Below are positions 13,170 through 27,439 of a stretch of 64,000 nt of DNA, piece after piece. The DNA is from Eledone cirrhosa. Lineage: Eukaryota. The stretch lies in the NCBI GenBank assembly GCA_964016885.1, contig OZ024743.1, positions 19,592,001-19,656,000 on the forward strand, read 5' to 3'. The notes beneath the pieces are model-generated. The model was not told the DNA's origin. It saw only the letters and a program-made list of their open reading frames with translations, and made no database searches. Position 1 is the stretch's first letter, and each line of letters opens with the position of its first letter. The translations under genes were made by a program, and so were the position numbers.

Positions 13170-15888
13170 ATAATATTAATAATAATAATGTCCGTTTACA
13201 ATTGTTTCGCTACTCCATATGATATTTCTGGATCAGATGACTATATATCATAATTGATCTGGTTCAGTTGAAAATAATTAACATATTTAAAAGACAGAGC
13301 GGCTCATCGGAACTTCAAAGGAATATAAATTAAAATAATGAGAGAATGTTACATAATATAATGTTCCATATATTGGTTTTTACTATGGTGTCTTGGTTGC
13401 ATCAGTTGTCAGCCATAATCAAGCAGTATTCATCTGTCGAGGCTGCATTGTGTGAGATCTGCCTATGGGTAACAAGATGGCTGCCAAAGGGCATATTTAC
13501 CTTACTAATTAGAGGGTCGTTTCAGGGGAAGTAACTCCTCGAGAGATTAGAAATTGTGGGTGTTTATAGTTAAGTGCTAATTTTTAATTGTTTTTAATTG
13601 AGAGACAATGTAGGGGAGGTAACTTATAATTATCCAAGTTGTTCATAGCAATTTAACTTATTAGCTACAAGTAAAAATGGGGCTACATGACTAAGTTGGG
13701 TCAAATATTCTATTGGCGAAGGAATTATCCCTTCGATGTTGATAGCTAATAGTTACCTCCGTTCTATCGTTAATCGGTAGAGGTCGTGATAGAGTTATGT
13801 ATTATGCTTCCGTAATACAGAGATCACAAGATTTTCTTCGTCCATTGAACGGTTGGGCCCTAGCCACGATATCCCATTTTAGTGAGTGTTGAACGTTGTT
13901 TAATTTAAGGTTTTTAATGAGCTTAGCTAGCGATGTCGAACATCTGTTGCTAGGATCTCGGAAGGAAAAAGAGTGCGCGTTATAGCGTACCTTAAAAGGG
14001 TTAGAGGTAGACCCGATATAAGAGCTGGTATTCGAAGCAGTTTTAACCGTGCATAGACTATGTTGGGTGTCAGGCAGTGTCCATTTAATGGGCATGCATT
14101 GGGGTAACGGCAGTTGCAGTTGCTTCTGCGGTTAGTGAGAATAGGGTAGTTTAACCTAAGCGGTAGGTCCGTGCTAGAAGGATTAGAAGGGGGAGGTGTG
14201 CTACTAGAGTAATTATTGGTGTAGTGGCGTGGTGTATTTCATAGGGGTGGTGGTACCGCGGTGTGGGAGTTATACTGTCTTAGCTTATGATGGTTACTGA
14301 ACGCGATGTGGCTAGCTAGGTTAGGTGTTGTGGAGAATGAGATTTTAATGTTATTTCTATTAAAGAGTTTGTAATACCTATGGTTGGGGGGGGGGGTGTT
14401 TAGATAGGATAGAGAAGAAGCGTTTGGGGATATTAGTGGCTAGATTAGATGAGAATGGGGGGGGGGGTTAAGCCAGGTGATATTTCTAGGTTTATTCCTT
14501 CTAAGGGTTCTAGTGTTTGTCATCCCATTTCTCATTCCTATTCTAGGGTTGATTTTTAGTTTGCTACTTGGAGTGGGGAGCAGGCCGCTACCACCATTAA
14601 AGTTCCCTGTATAGCTGCTGTTACTGCTAAAATTCCGGCGAATCTGGCTATATGCTAAGGTATTTCTAGTTCTAGTTTTAAGTTTATTATGGTGAATTGC
14701 TGAGTTAAGGCATTTAGATATGTAATAAATTGATTGTTCATAACCAGATTCAGAAAGAGCCTTATTATAATGTTGTGCGTGGTTTATAAATATCTCCTCA
14801 TTTGCTGATAGCATTGAGATCCTATACGAGATAGATTTGATTACTGCTCTGATGACTGCCGGTGGGTGGTTAGAGTGTGGGCTAATATATGTGAGTATTT
14901 CACCTGGTTTATGGTAAGGGTAATATAGGTTATTGTTGAGATCCAGGGTGACGTCTAGGAAGTTTACTACTTTATGGTTCGGCTCGATGGTGATAGAGAG
15001 ACCGTTATTTTTAAAGAATCTATGTAATTGTTTTTTTAGCAAATCGATTCCTCGATTAGTGCAATTGTGGACTGCAAATAGGGCGTCGTCCCTGTATATT
15101 GCGCCTTGCAAGTGTTGGATTTCGGCTCTGATGTTACGTAATAGGTAAATCCCAACTAAATCGGTGATTTGCGCGGAGTCACTTGAGCCTATCGTAATGT
15201 CAAAGTTGTCTGTTCTATCTTTTCTAGTCTAGAGTGCTCCTTTGAATTCAATGATAGACTGCCTAGCCATAAGTATGATGTTAATCTCATTATTGATTAT
15301 GTCCGAGTTGGTGCTGGCTAGGGCTAATGCTTTGTTGAGCAGTTCCGGGGTTATTGACGCCAAATAGCTGTCTATGTCAAATTAGATGAACCTCATAGAT
15401 TGCTCGGAGAACCATCTAATGACTTGCCCGGTGTTGGACCACAACTTGTAGGTGGTATCATCCCATAGCCCAGGGATTATCCTATCAAGGATGTTCTTAC
15501 TGATGCGGCCCAGGTCAGATGTGGTTGGGCTTATGAGTCTAATAGATGGGTTCTGTATAAAGTTTGGCTAGTGATCCTTGAGAGAGAACCTTGGGGTTGT
15601 TGGTACATAAGGGTGGGTAAATCTATCCAGATGCAAGTCCTTAACCAAAGCCTGGGCTTTTCGGTTAAGTACGTTTACACTGGAGGGTATAGTTTTTTAT
15701 AGTTTTTATTGAGCTCTTTAAGAAGGTGTATAGATTTTAGTTTTATCAGACATAACATGTAAGCGGTTGCTATCTTTAATTTTTTAAATATTTGTTGCTA
15801 ATATAGTGAGGAAGTTATCCTTGTGTCTATAATGATTTTTGAATTTAATGCTGCTGACGAAGTTGAATAGATCTTTCTCAAAAGGTGA
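13170..15888 (-). mobile_element. 5'-truncated, frameshifted Penelope-like element (Naiad-like RT + GIY-YIG)
   Basis: KDH.PNF..NPSIRLISP, FDITIGSSDSAQITDLVG, IYRDD, VNFLDVTLDL, SNHPP, CNCR, YIGSTSNPFKVRY..H and CDLCITE. Bounded by (TA)n and (AAT)n. Confidence 0.92.
13194..13313 (-). ncRNA. Type I hammerhead ribozyme motif (U4C core variant) at the PLE 3' end
   Basis: GTT-CCGATGA-[GCCGCTC...GAGTAGC]-GAAA-CAATTG-TA^AAC. Confidence 0.65.
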
Positions 15889-15902
15889 TATATATATATA
15901 TA

Positions 15903-18900
15903 TCACCTTGATCACCTTGACCGACTAGTCTGTCGGGCGTCCATTCAGCGCCGCTGGTCACAGCACACCGTCCATTCCTCTTTGGATCGTACTTTCCTCA
16001 TCCATGTAGTCCCAATCGTATTCCTAAAATCGTAACTCCACCTTCGTGGAGGCCTTCCGAGTGGTCGTTTCCGCTCGCGCGGGCGCCACTCGGAATCTGC
16101 GCGGGTCCACCGATTATCGGTGAACCGAGCGACGTTTCTAGCCCATCAGAACTTGCTGCGCATATATTCCGTGATGACGTCCCTCACGCCGGACTTCTGT
16201 CTGATGATTTCGCTCCTGGTGTGTTCTCTCAACGAGATTCCTAGCATTGATCTCTCCATGGCTCTTTGAGCCGTTTCCAGCCTCTGCTCTTCTCTCTTCG
16301 TTGTAGCCCAAGTTTCACAGCCATATAACATTGCAGGTAAAACTGTGCTATTGAAGAGGTTGGCGCGGGAGGTCTTGTCCAACCTCCCCTTGAGCACATC
16401 CCTTATGCCATTGAACACCTTCCATCCGGCCCTTACTCTCCGCGAGATCTCCCTCTCAATGTCTCGGCGCATCTTCACTTCTTGTCCTAGGTAGATGTAT
16501 TCTTCCACCTCCTCTATTTCATTACCGCCAACCACCATTCGATCTGTTGGTACGTTGTCGGAACGCATGAACTTCGTTTTCATGCGGTTCATCTTGAGGC
16601 CTACTGCTGAGCTTTTGATGTCGAGCTCCATCAGCATGGTCTGAAGCTGATCCGTGGTTTCAGCGATGAGTACGATGTCATCAGCGAAACGGAGGTGGGT
16701 AAGTATCTCGCTGTTGATGTTGACACCGCATTGCCAGTCAATGCCTCTGATGATCCGCTTGAGACACGCGGTGAAAAATTTTGGAGAGCTCGTATCTCCT
16801 TCTTTCACTGCCTTCCCGACCGGCACTCGTACGGGTGATGACAGCAGATCTATGTCGGTGGTGCATACGGAACTCGCCTCCCTGAGTAGTTGATCGTATT
16901 ACACCTCGACTCCTTGCCTCTGCAGCGAGTTCAGCACTGCGTTGATTTCGACGCTGTCGAAGGTTTTCTCGTAGTCTACAAACGCGACGCAAAGAGGCAT
17001 CTTGTACTCTTTCGCTCGCTCAAGCAATTGTGTCATAGTAAATATGTGGTCCATCGTGCTGTAGTTCTTCCGGAAGCCGGCTTGCTCTCTCAGTTGCTGT
17101 CCGTCTAGATGACGTGATAACCTGTTCAGGATTATCTTCGTGAACAGCTTGTACACGTGAGACAGCAGGCATATGGGTCGGTAGTTCTTCAGAACTTCTC
17201 TATCGCCCTTCTTGTATAGCAGGATGGTATTCTACTCTTTCCACTGCGAGGGTATTCTTCCCTCGTCCAGATAGTGTGTGAATCGCTCGGCGAGGATTTT
17301 CCAGAGCTGCTCTCCGCCTGACTTCAACACCTCCGATGTTATGCCGTCTTTCCCTGGCGCCTTTCCGCTTTTCATCAAGCCGACGGCTCTTTCGACCTCA
17401 CCGACAAGGAAAGGTGGCACATTTTCTTCCTGTTGGGTGACGGCAACAGCACATTCCCGGCAGACTCGAAGAGCTTGGTGTAGAAGTCTTCGCAAACCTT
17501 TTCCGCCTCACTCTTGTTGCTGACCGGTAATCCAGCTGTGTTCTTCAGGGTCGTCACCTCCGATCTGTACATTGTCATGTCCCTCTCGCATTTCTTGAGG
17601 CTCTTCTTTTCCTTTGCGGCCTTCAGGAGCTTCTCCATCCGGTATGCCGCGAATTCTCTCTTCAGTTGTTGACGTATCACTCTGCTGAGAAGGGAATATT
17701 CGAGGTGATCTTCAGGTGTCCCCTTCATATTCTTCCTCTTCTCAAGCAACTTCATAGTTTACTCCGAGACTCTTCCCTTCCGCTCCCTCGGGCACGGACC
17801 CTTAGCCTTCCTCAAGGACTCCTTCAGTTTCCTCATCAGTGAGTCGTAGTCAGCGTCTATGCCGTCTCATTGACACCAGTTTTCCTGCATGATGGCTTCC
17901 TGCAGCTGCGCCTCGTTGAAGACCCAGACGCGTTCTCCCTTCGACGCCAAATGCAGCGGCTTCTTCTCTCTCGGCCGGTCGATGACAACCTTCGCCCTCA
18001 CCAGACGATGATCACTGCCAATGTTGAATGGCGTTATGACGGAGACGTCCAGCAGTATGCGTCGCTTGTCGACCAACATGTAGTCGATCTCGTTTCGATG
18101 CTCAGAACTTGGCGATACCCAGGTTCATCTCTTCTCCTTTTTTTTCCTGAATAGACTGTTTCCAATGTAGAGCCGTCTCGACTCCGCCATGGTGACCAGA
18201 CGCTCTCCTCTCTCATTTCGCTCTCCTAGGCCGAATCTTCCGATATACTCTTCCCCTTGCCGGCCTTGTCCGACCTTTGCGTTGAAGTCTCTCATTACGA
18301 CAGTGTAGTGGACTTCACAGCTACCACTTAGTCTAGCTGGCGATATAATTCTTCCACCTCGTCGTCGTCGCTGGCACTTGTGGGAGCGTAGGTCTGGACG
18401 ATCTTGAGGGTGGCCTTCCCTGAGAGATTCACGTCCAGTACACCAATCTGTGACGATACGAACTGGCAAGAAGCGACCTTCGAAGCCCATTCCTTGCTTA
18501 CGATGAACCCTATAACTCCGACCGATCTGGCACCCTGTGCTTTCCCGAGTCTCACGGCGCATCCATCTTGCCATCGCAAACTCGCCTTCTTCTTCTGGCG
18601 GGTCTCGCACAGCCCTAACACGTCGCACCTGATATTCTTCTTCCATTAGGTGGTTCAGTCCTTGCCCCCCTGCCAAAGAACTGGTTAGTCCTGTTCTTTG
18701 GTGGCCTTCGGGAACCTGTGATTCTTAGCAGCCTCTCGTCGTTCGAGTTGCACTCCGACGTCGTGGGGTGGCTCGAATGACGCGCAAGGTACTGAGGCCC
18801 TTTTCTTTGTGCTGTTTTAACCATAAGATTATGCCATCCCAGTACCTCTTCAGTTTAGCTAGCTTTTGAACTCTAGATGTTGAATCATCTCTAGGACCAA

Positions 18901-19024
18901 TATGCTGATACCTGTGTAGCATGGTAATACCTGCCAGGACATTGAGTCCCGCTACCATAGCTATAAAACAGCCAGGGTCACCGCTGCGCCACTTTTGAGG
19001 CACTGAAGTAGGATTTTGCAGAGG
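15903..19024 (-). mobile_element. Near full-length RTE-clade LINE (AP endonuclease + RT), frameshifted
   Basis: LGLCETR, YAPT, DFNAKVG, SDHRLV; KAPGKDG, QAGFRKNYSTMDHI, HLRFADDIVL, LPAMLYGCETW. 3' tail is (TCAAGGTGA)2. Flanked by (TA)n on both sides. Confidence 0.95.
18942..19024 (-). ncRNA. Candidate degenerate HDV-like ribozyme at the RTE 5' end
   Basis: P1 CCTCTGC/GCAGCGG (1 mismatch), P2 TTCAGT/ACTCAA (1 mismatch), P3 GCC/GGC, P1.1 CA/TG, P4 ACC-TGGCTGT/ATAGCTA-GGT; J4/2 contains a C. Confidence 0.45.
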
Positions 19025-19205
<181 letters not shown>

Positions 19206-19215
19206 TATATACATA

Positions 19216-19328
<113 letters not shown>

Positions 19329-19529
19329 TGAGAGAGAGAGAGAGAGTGAGAGAGAGAATTAGCATATTTACGAACATATGCGTACAGCTGTACACTAATG
19401 CTAGCAAATACATAAGTTATATCATAGTACCTAGGTGGTTCAATGCAGGAGGATGCAGAACAATTATATGAAAGACGTAAAACAAGAAAATTTTAAAAAT
19501 TAAAAATTAACTTACTTACTAAAATTTTC

Positions 19530-19611
19530 ACTCCAACAAATTAGTTTCTGTAATGGGATAAAGATAGTTACGTAATGTAACTGTCGAGAATTCATTACGT
19601 CATCAAGGAGT
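19530..19611 (-). ncRNA. Degenerate hammerhead copy (C3U, stem III mismatch)
   Basis: ACTCC-TTGATGA-...-GAAA-CTAATTTG-TT^GGAGT. Confidence 0.6.
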
Positions 19612-20482
19612 CTATTCTCAGCTAAGTTTCCAGGCAATGCGCGGACACTAGGGACTCGTATAAAAATATTAATATTCGGTGGATGGAACAGCTAGCGAGG
19701 ACTAAATTCCAAAGCACTGAAAAAGTTCACTGCTTCTGGTCAAATGGCAGATTCTAAAGAATAAATCACGTGACACTGAGGCTAGTCGGAAGGAGTGGGG
19801 TAGTAAAATGACAAAGCCTACTACCACTACAATAAGTTAGTAGTGGATTTGGCAGGTTTGCTCAACAAATAAATAATTTGGAGATAAATATAGAGAATTA
19901 GTATATTTACGAACATATGCGTACAGATGTACACTAATGCTAGCAAATACATAAGTTATGTCATAGTACCTAGTTACATTACGTAACTATCTTTATCCCA
20001 TTACAGAAACTAATTAGTTGGAGTGAACATTTTAGTAAGTAAGTTAATTTTTAATTTTTAAAATTTTCTTATTTTACGTCTTTCATATAATTGTTCTGCA
20101 TCCTCCTGCATTGAACCACCTAGGTACTATGACATCACTTATGTGTTTGCTAGCATTAGTGTACATCTGTACGCATATGTTCGTAAATATACTAATTCTC
20201 TATATTTATCTCCAAATTATTTATTTGTTGAGCAAACCTGCCAAATCCACTACTAACTTATTGTAGTGGTAGTAGGCTTTGTCATTTTACTATCCCACTC
20301 CTTCCGACTAGCCTCAGTGTCACGTGATTGATTCTTTAGAATCTGCCATTTGACCAGAAGCAGTGAACTTTTTCAGTGCTTTGGAATTCAGTCCTCGCTA
20401 GCTGTTCCATCCACCGAATTATTATTATTTTTATACGAGTCCCTAGTGTCCGCGCATTGCCTGGAGACTTAGCTGAGAATAG

Positions 20483-20564
20483 ACTCCCTGATGACGTAAT
20501 GAATTCTCGACAGTTACTTTACGTAACTATTTTTATCCCATTACAGAAACTAATTAGTTGGAGT
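20483..20564 (+). ncRNA. Type I hammerhead ribozyme
   Basis: ACTCC-CTGATGA-cGTAATG...CATTACa-GAAA-CTAATTAG-TT^GGAGT; predicted cut after 20559. Confidence 0.85.
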
Positions 20565-20799
20565 GAAAATTTTAGTAAGTCCGTTAATTTTTTATTTTTA
20601 TAATTTTCTTATTTTACGTTTTTCATCTATATATATATATATATATATATATATAAGAATTAAAATACTAGAGTGTGTTGAAGTTAAACACCCTCTTCAT
20701 ATTATAGAAATGAGAGTAAAGGTATAGCTCAATGCAATTAAACAGAGCCGAAGAATTAAGAAATAAACCAAAGAAGCCTTCAATACATCAAAAGTCATT

Positions 20800-20843
20800 A
20801 TTAGCCAACAATGTTTCGTCCTATTAAGGACTCATCAGGGCAA
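20800..20843 (-). ncRNA. Minimal type I hammerhead ribozyme
   Basis: GCC-CTGATGA-GTCC ttaata GGAC-GAAA-CATTG-TT^GGC. Confidence 0.7.
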
Positions 20844-21611
20844 GTAAAGCTATAAGAAGCACTATCGGCCAATACAAGCCAAAAACTCAGAAGAATATGG
20901 AGTATACATACATTAAAGCATAGGAAAATGATCAAGTATAAATTATCAAGTAAAAATTGCTAAGGAAGTGAATAACATTTTGAACCATATTACAAATATA
21001 GTACAATGCAAAAACTAAAGCTAAACACAAGTGGTGATATAAAGGGAGAATTACGGTGCTAAATATAATATAATATAATATAATTGATAATGATAATAAT
21101 AATAATATTAAAAGGCCCAATAAACATACATATACATATACATATGTACACATATACATATACATATATATATCAATACACATATTAAGAGTTTAAACTC
21201 TTAATAGATGTTAGTTTGGGTTTGTATAGATGGATATGTGTATTGATATATATATGTATATGTATATGTGTACATATGTATATGTATATGTATGTTTATT
21301 GGGCCTTTTAATATTATTATTATTATCATTATCAATTATATTATATTATATTATATTATATTATATTATATTCTATTATATTATATTATATTATATTATA
21401 TTATATTTAACACCGTAATTCTCCCTTTATATCACCACTTGTGTTTAGCTTTAGTTTTTGCATTGTACTATATTTGTATTATGGTTCAAAATGTTATTCA
21501 CTTCCTTAGCAATTTTTACTTGATCATTTTCCTATGCTTTAATGTATGTATACTCCATATTCTTCTGAGTTTTTGGCTTGTATTGGCCGATAGTGCTTCT
21601 TATAGCTTTAC

Positions 21612-21653
21612 TTGCCCTGATGAGTCCTTAATAGGACGAAGCATTATTGGCTA
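21612..21653 (+). ncRNA. Mutated copy of the minimal hammerhead (GAAG instead of GAAA)
   Basis: GCC-CTGATGA-GTCC ttaata GGAC-GAAG-CATTATT-GGC. Confidence 0.55.
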
Positions 21654-21694
21654 ATAAAGACTGTTGATGTATTGAAGGCTTCTTTGGTTTATTT

Positions 21695-21803
<109 letters not shown>

Positions 21804-21878
21804 GTATGTATGTATGTACGTATATATATAAATACTTATATGTGTTTGCTTATGTGCATGTATATACATATATGTATA

Positions 21879-21934
<56 letters not shown>

Positions 21935-22022
21935 TATATACATATATATATATATATACACATGCATGTATGTATATACAAATACATATAGGTCTGTGCT
22001 TATGTGTATGTATATACATATG

Positions 22023-22073
<51 letters not shown>

Positions 22074-22171
22074 GTATACATATATATATGTATACATATA
22101 TATGTATACATATATATGTATACATATATATATGTATACATATATATATATGTATTCATATATATATATGT

Positions 22172-22267
<96 letters not shown>

Positions 22268-22301
22268 CTATATATATATATATGTATACATATATATATA
22301 C

Positions 22302-23011
<710 letters not shown>

Positions 23012-23081
23012 CATACACATATGCAAACATATATATGTATTTATATATACATACATACATGTCTATATATATATAAATATA

Positions 23082-23203
<122 letters not shown>

Positions 23204-23487
23204 TTTAATAATAATAAATTTCAAGACTAAAATCCAAAGAGGTTCTGTCTTTGCGCGTAATTGTTTTTCACCGCTCCTATTAATGACGTATTATTCGTTT
23301 TTTCCCGTTCTTTGCCAGCGAACGTTTCCACGAACCAAAGTATCGTCTTCCTGTCTTTATCCGGTTGCAACGTTTTTTTAAATATCCAGTTCTGCGTTTA
23401 CAGATTGACTTTGTTAGTTTCAGAAGATCCCATTAAGGGTGAAAGCAGCGATTCTTTGCTTAAACTTTAATCTGTTATTTTAATAAA

Positions 23488-23530
<43 letters not shown>

Positions 23531-23532
<2 letters not shown>

Positions 23533-26500
23533 AAAGTTATATTTAAAATTGTTGGGTTACAACTAGTAAATATTTATAACTGATATAAAAGCACTCGACA
23601 AATATTTGGAGTATATTTACAATATTAAATAAATGGAAAACTATATTTATAAAACCATATTTATTTCATTATATATATTTCGGGGATATCATATTAACAA
23701 TATGCTATGCCTTCATCAGACAAAATACAATATAAACAGTTTTATAGATAAATAGATTCGACATACCGTTGTAACACCGACTTCATTTGAAGAGGTTTAA
23801 GCTGGCAGTGAAAAAATTTTACACAGAGAGAAAGAGAGAGAGAAAAAAAAGAAAGAAAGAAAGACAGAAAACGAAGAAAAGGAAGAAAAAGAAGAGAAAG
23901 AGGAAATGCATGGAACAAAATAGAGAGATGGAAAGATAGATAAAGCGAAGAACTTCATGTAAAGAAACAGAAAGATATATATATAGAGAGAGAGAGAGGA
24001 AATAGAGATAGATACATATATATATAGAAAATTAGGTAGTGGGAGGTCATTTTGACTAAATGTATCAATGATACATTCACTTATTCACCTATTTATTCAG
24101 CCCAAGTATTAATGCAAGGGAGATATATAGAGTGAGAAAAAAATATAGAGAGAGGCAAAAATAGCGAGAGAAAAAATTTAAAAATAGCCAGACACATTCG
24201 AGGCGTAAAAACCCTATGTTTTAATGTATTAGTATTTATAAAATTTACACTATATTGTAAATATCAGTATTCCTGAATGAGACAAGCATCCACAATGTGC
24301 GAAAATCAATTATCCCATGTCTCGTTTTAAAAAATTCATATGTTCATGTGACAGCTACAAACATCCATGCGAATCCAACTGATTCACTCTGCAAACTCTA
24401 AGTTCACGGAAAACATTCTCAATGTGGTATAAAAATTCGAGCATACATATATGTGTATTATTATTCCTGTCATTACTCCACAAGATTATCTATCAAGCAG
24501 AAATAGAGAGCAGGTCTCAATATACCAATAAAAATATATATCATAAACAAAACTAAAAATAAAAAGATAACAATAATAATAATAAGTAAAAATATAGAAT
24601 AGAAAACTAAAAAAATATTACGAAAGAATATTACATAATAAAAATATTACATATTAAAAATACTACGTATTAAAAAATATTACGTATTAAAAATTTACAT
24701 ATTAAAGATATTAAAAATAATTAAAAATAAAATAAAAAATAAAAAATATTATAGAATACTACAATAATAAAAAATAAAAATAAAAATAAAAATAAAAATA
24801 AAAATAAACCACAAAGATCAACCCTTCAAAGCCAATCGACAACACACTGCCAAGTTCATTACAAGACAAAGCCAAAAATTATCTATCAAATCACATCTAG
24901 CAAAGATCATTTCAAAAAGATTATGATGTCCAATTAGGTCTACATATGTTCTTATATTTAATATAGAAGTTTATCTAGTGTAAAGTTTATTCAAAAAATT
25001 TGGAGCATCAGCCCTTAGGGCAGCTTAATTTTTCATGAGGAATGTTTAGATAAAAATAAAATAAAATAAAAATAAAAATAAAGAGTAAAAAGAAGGAATC
25101 AAAGATTTAGGAATCAAAAATTTATCGGCTAGTTTCCCATATAAATATAAATCAAACTAAACATACTACACCCTAAATTTAAATTTATATTTAAACGTTG
25201 AGTTCAATCTATGTCCGCAACAACTGAACAAACTTGTCCGTAGGTTAAGGGAACTCCCAGATTTTAGCATAAAGAATATCTCCCCGCGCAGAGGTCACAT
25301 GTCTCAGAGGATGAATTAAAAGGAATCCCTCCTGAGACCACACTCCAAGCCGTCGAATATCCAACGTCATCTAGCTTAAGTTGCCAGAGTACGCCCGACA
25401 GTGCCGCCGAAGATTCTCTACCTGGATCTGTGAAAGAACCCCTGCGGCTACCATAGCGAAGTTCAAATTCCGTCGATGTGGAACCGACGTAGTTAAAAGA
25501 ATTAGAGTCAGTATTAACATTACAATTGTATACTATATTTTTAACTAAGCAGTTGTCATTTAACGGACATTTAGATCCATCTCCACAGTCACATCCGTTA
25601 ACTTGTACATTATTTATGCTACTATCAGTAGGTTTTAAGTTCCTATTATTTATTCTATTAATACCTCGTGCTAAATTCCTGGTGGATGAGTAGGTTAATT
25701 TAACTGTATGCCTATTGAAAATTGAGCGATACCCATGTGTTCTAGGGAAGCGACCATCAAGAGCTTTGAAAAATAATTTAGCGATGTGGGCTTCAATGTT
25801 TAGTGAGAAAGGGGGGGCAAACCAAATTATGTTCCTAGTTCTATTTCTTTTTTGTCCTTTGGAATTATTGTAATGCTTTCTATTATAGTTGTTAATGTTG
25901 TTGCCGTAATTAAAAAAGTTGTTACTTTGTTTAGTTTGTCTATCATTATCTATGTACACAATCTTATCAGTATATCCTGCCCTAGCTAGTGCTTCATTAT
26001 AGTATTGGGCCTTTTCGTCGAAAATCTTTCTATTCGACGAGATCCTAGAGATACGTTTTTGAACTGAGTTTACTATAGTGTTTTTGACAGATCTGGGGTG
26101 GTTAGAGTTAAAGTTGACATAGTTTAAGTTTTCATTCAACTTGTGAAAAGGATAGTGGAGACATGTGTTGAGATTTAATGTTATATCTAGGAAATTGACT
26201 ATTATATGGTTGTTCTCAATTTCTATTTTAAGGTTAAAGTAATTAAAAAATTTTGTAATTTGTTTACATTTTCTATTTAGTTCAGGGTTATTATTATTAA
26301 TAAGTAAAAGCATGTCATCCCTATATAAACCTCCGGTAGTACCAGGTATTTTCCTATGTAGCGAATTGATTAAAAATAAGCCCACAAGGTCAGTTACCTG
26401 AGCTGAGTCGGAAGATCCCATAGTTATGTCAAAATTGCTATCTCTATCTGCTCTGGTCCATAATTTGTCATTAAATTCTATGAAGGCATAGCATATTGTT

Positions 26501-26572
26501 AATATGATATCCCCGAAATATATATAATGAAATAAATATGGTTTTATAAATATAGTTTTCCATTTATTTAAT

Positions 26573-26577
<5 letters not shown>
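23531..26577 (-). mobile_element. 5'-truncated Naiad-like PLE with long 3' UTR and inverted pLTR fragment (26479-26577)
   Basis: FDITMGSSDSAQVTDLVG, GLYRDD, VNFLDITLNL, SNHP, CxC..CPL...C, YVGST and CDLC. HHR at the 3' end; (TA)n flanks. The genuine part of ORF 25264-26817 begins near 26478. Confidence 0.93.
23662..23727 (-). ncRNA. Type I hammerhead ribozyme in the PLE 3' end
   Basis: Same motif as 22474-22539, on the minus strand. Confidence 0.8.
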
Positions 26578-26656
<79 letters not shown>

Positions 26657-27052
26657 CATGTATATATATATATATACATGTGTGTGTGTGTGTGTGTGTG
26701 TGTATCTGGAAGTGCGTGTGAAGTGTTATTTAGATATTTAGTTCTTTCAGTTATGTGCTTCTGTGTCTGTAAAATGATATTTACAATCAATTCAATCGCT
26801 GAGGATAATATAAACAATAGCTTTCTGGTGTAAAGCTTTCATAGACCTCAGATGAAAATGATAATGTCATACTGTGACACTTGGAAAGATAAAATCACGA
26901 CTCAAGTCGTTAGTGAATCTCTGTAAAATACATCAATAAATTGACATGAAATGTTTAGTAACACATAGACCGTTACTGGCTGATTTTAGCTTCAAATGAA
27001 AGCAATAACTTTTAATATATCATTTTCACGCACTCTCAGACATGTCCAGACT

Positions 27053-27109
<57 letters not shown>

Positions 27110-27397
27110 CGCAAAAAGATTGTTTTGGTAAAAACAGGAGTAAGCAGCGGTAAGCTCTCAACAACCGTTGGTTTTAGTTACGATGGAGAATTTTATAAAA
27201 ATAACAAAATAAGATGCTGAGGTTACATATATCGTTTAATCTTATATAATAATCCACGGTTCTCATGCAATCGAGATGTCGTTCATGCATTTGCAGTTGA
27301 TTATGAGAACGGTTTCCTCAGATGAACATCGATATATTTGATATGTCGCTGGCAGGAAAACACACATCCTAATGCCTGTGCGCCCACCAAACATATT

Positions 27398-27439
<42 letters not shown>

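Larger units (their letters stand above)
19356..20627. mobile_element. Non-coding HHR-bearing retrozyme-like element, ~540-bp unit, two inverted arms of ~1.2 units each (subfamily A)
   Basis: Minus arm 19356-19973 repeats with a 539-bp period; plus arm 19972-20627 with a 540-bp period. Microsatellites on both flanks. Confidence 0.88.

Noticed and set aside
15360-15600. In-frame stops in the Naiad-like RT as possible selenocysteine recoding
   Set aside because: The stops examined are TAA/TAG and accompany frameshifts, indicating decay.
15882-15910. Palindrome AAGGTGA-(TA)n-TCACCTT at the PLE/RTE junction
   Set aside because: The left part is native PLE coding sequence and the right part is the RTE tail; probably coincidence.
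26478-26817. N-terminus of the 517-aa ORF
   Set aside because: Chance read-through across flank, (TA)n and an inverted pLTR fragment; not part of the RT.
27235-27325. Hammerhead-like motif on the minus strand (CTGAGGA with good stem II)
   Set aside because: GAAA is replaced by GATT and stems I and III are poor; at most a dead remnant.
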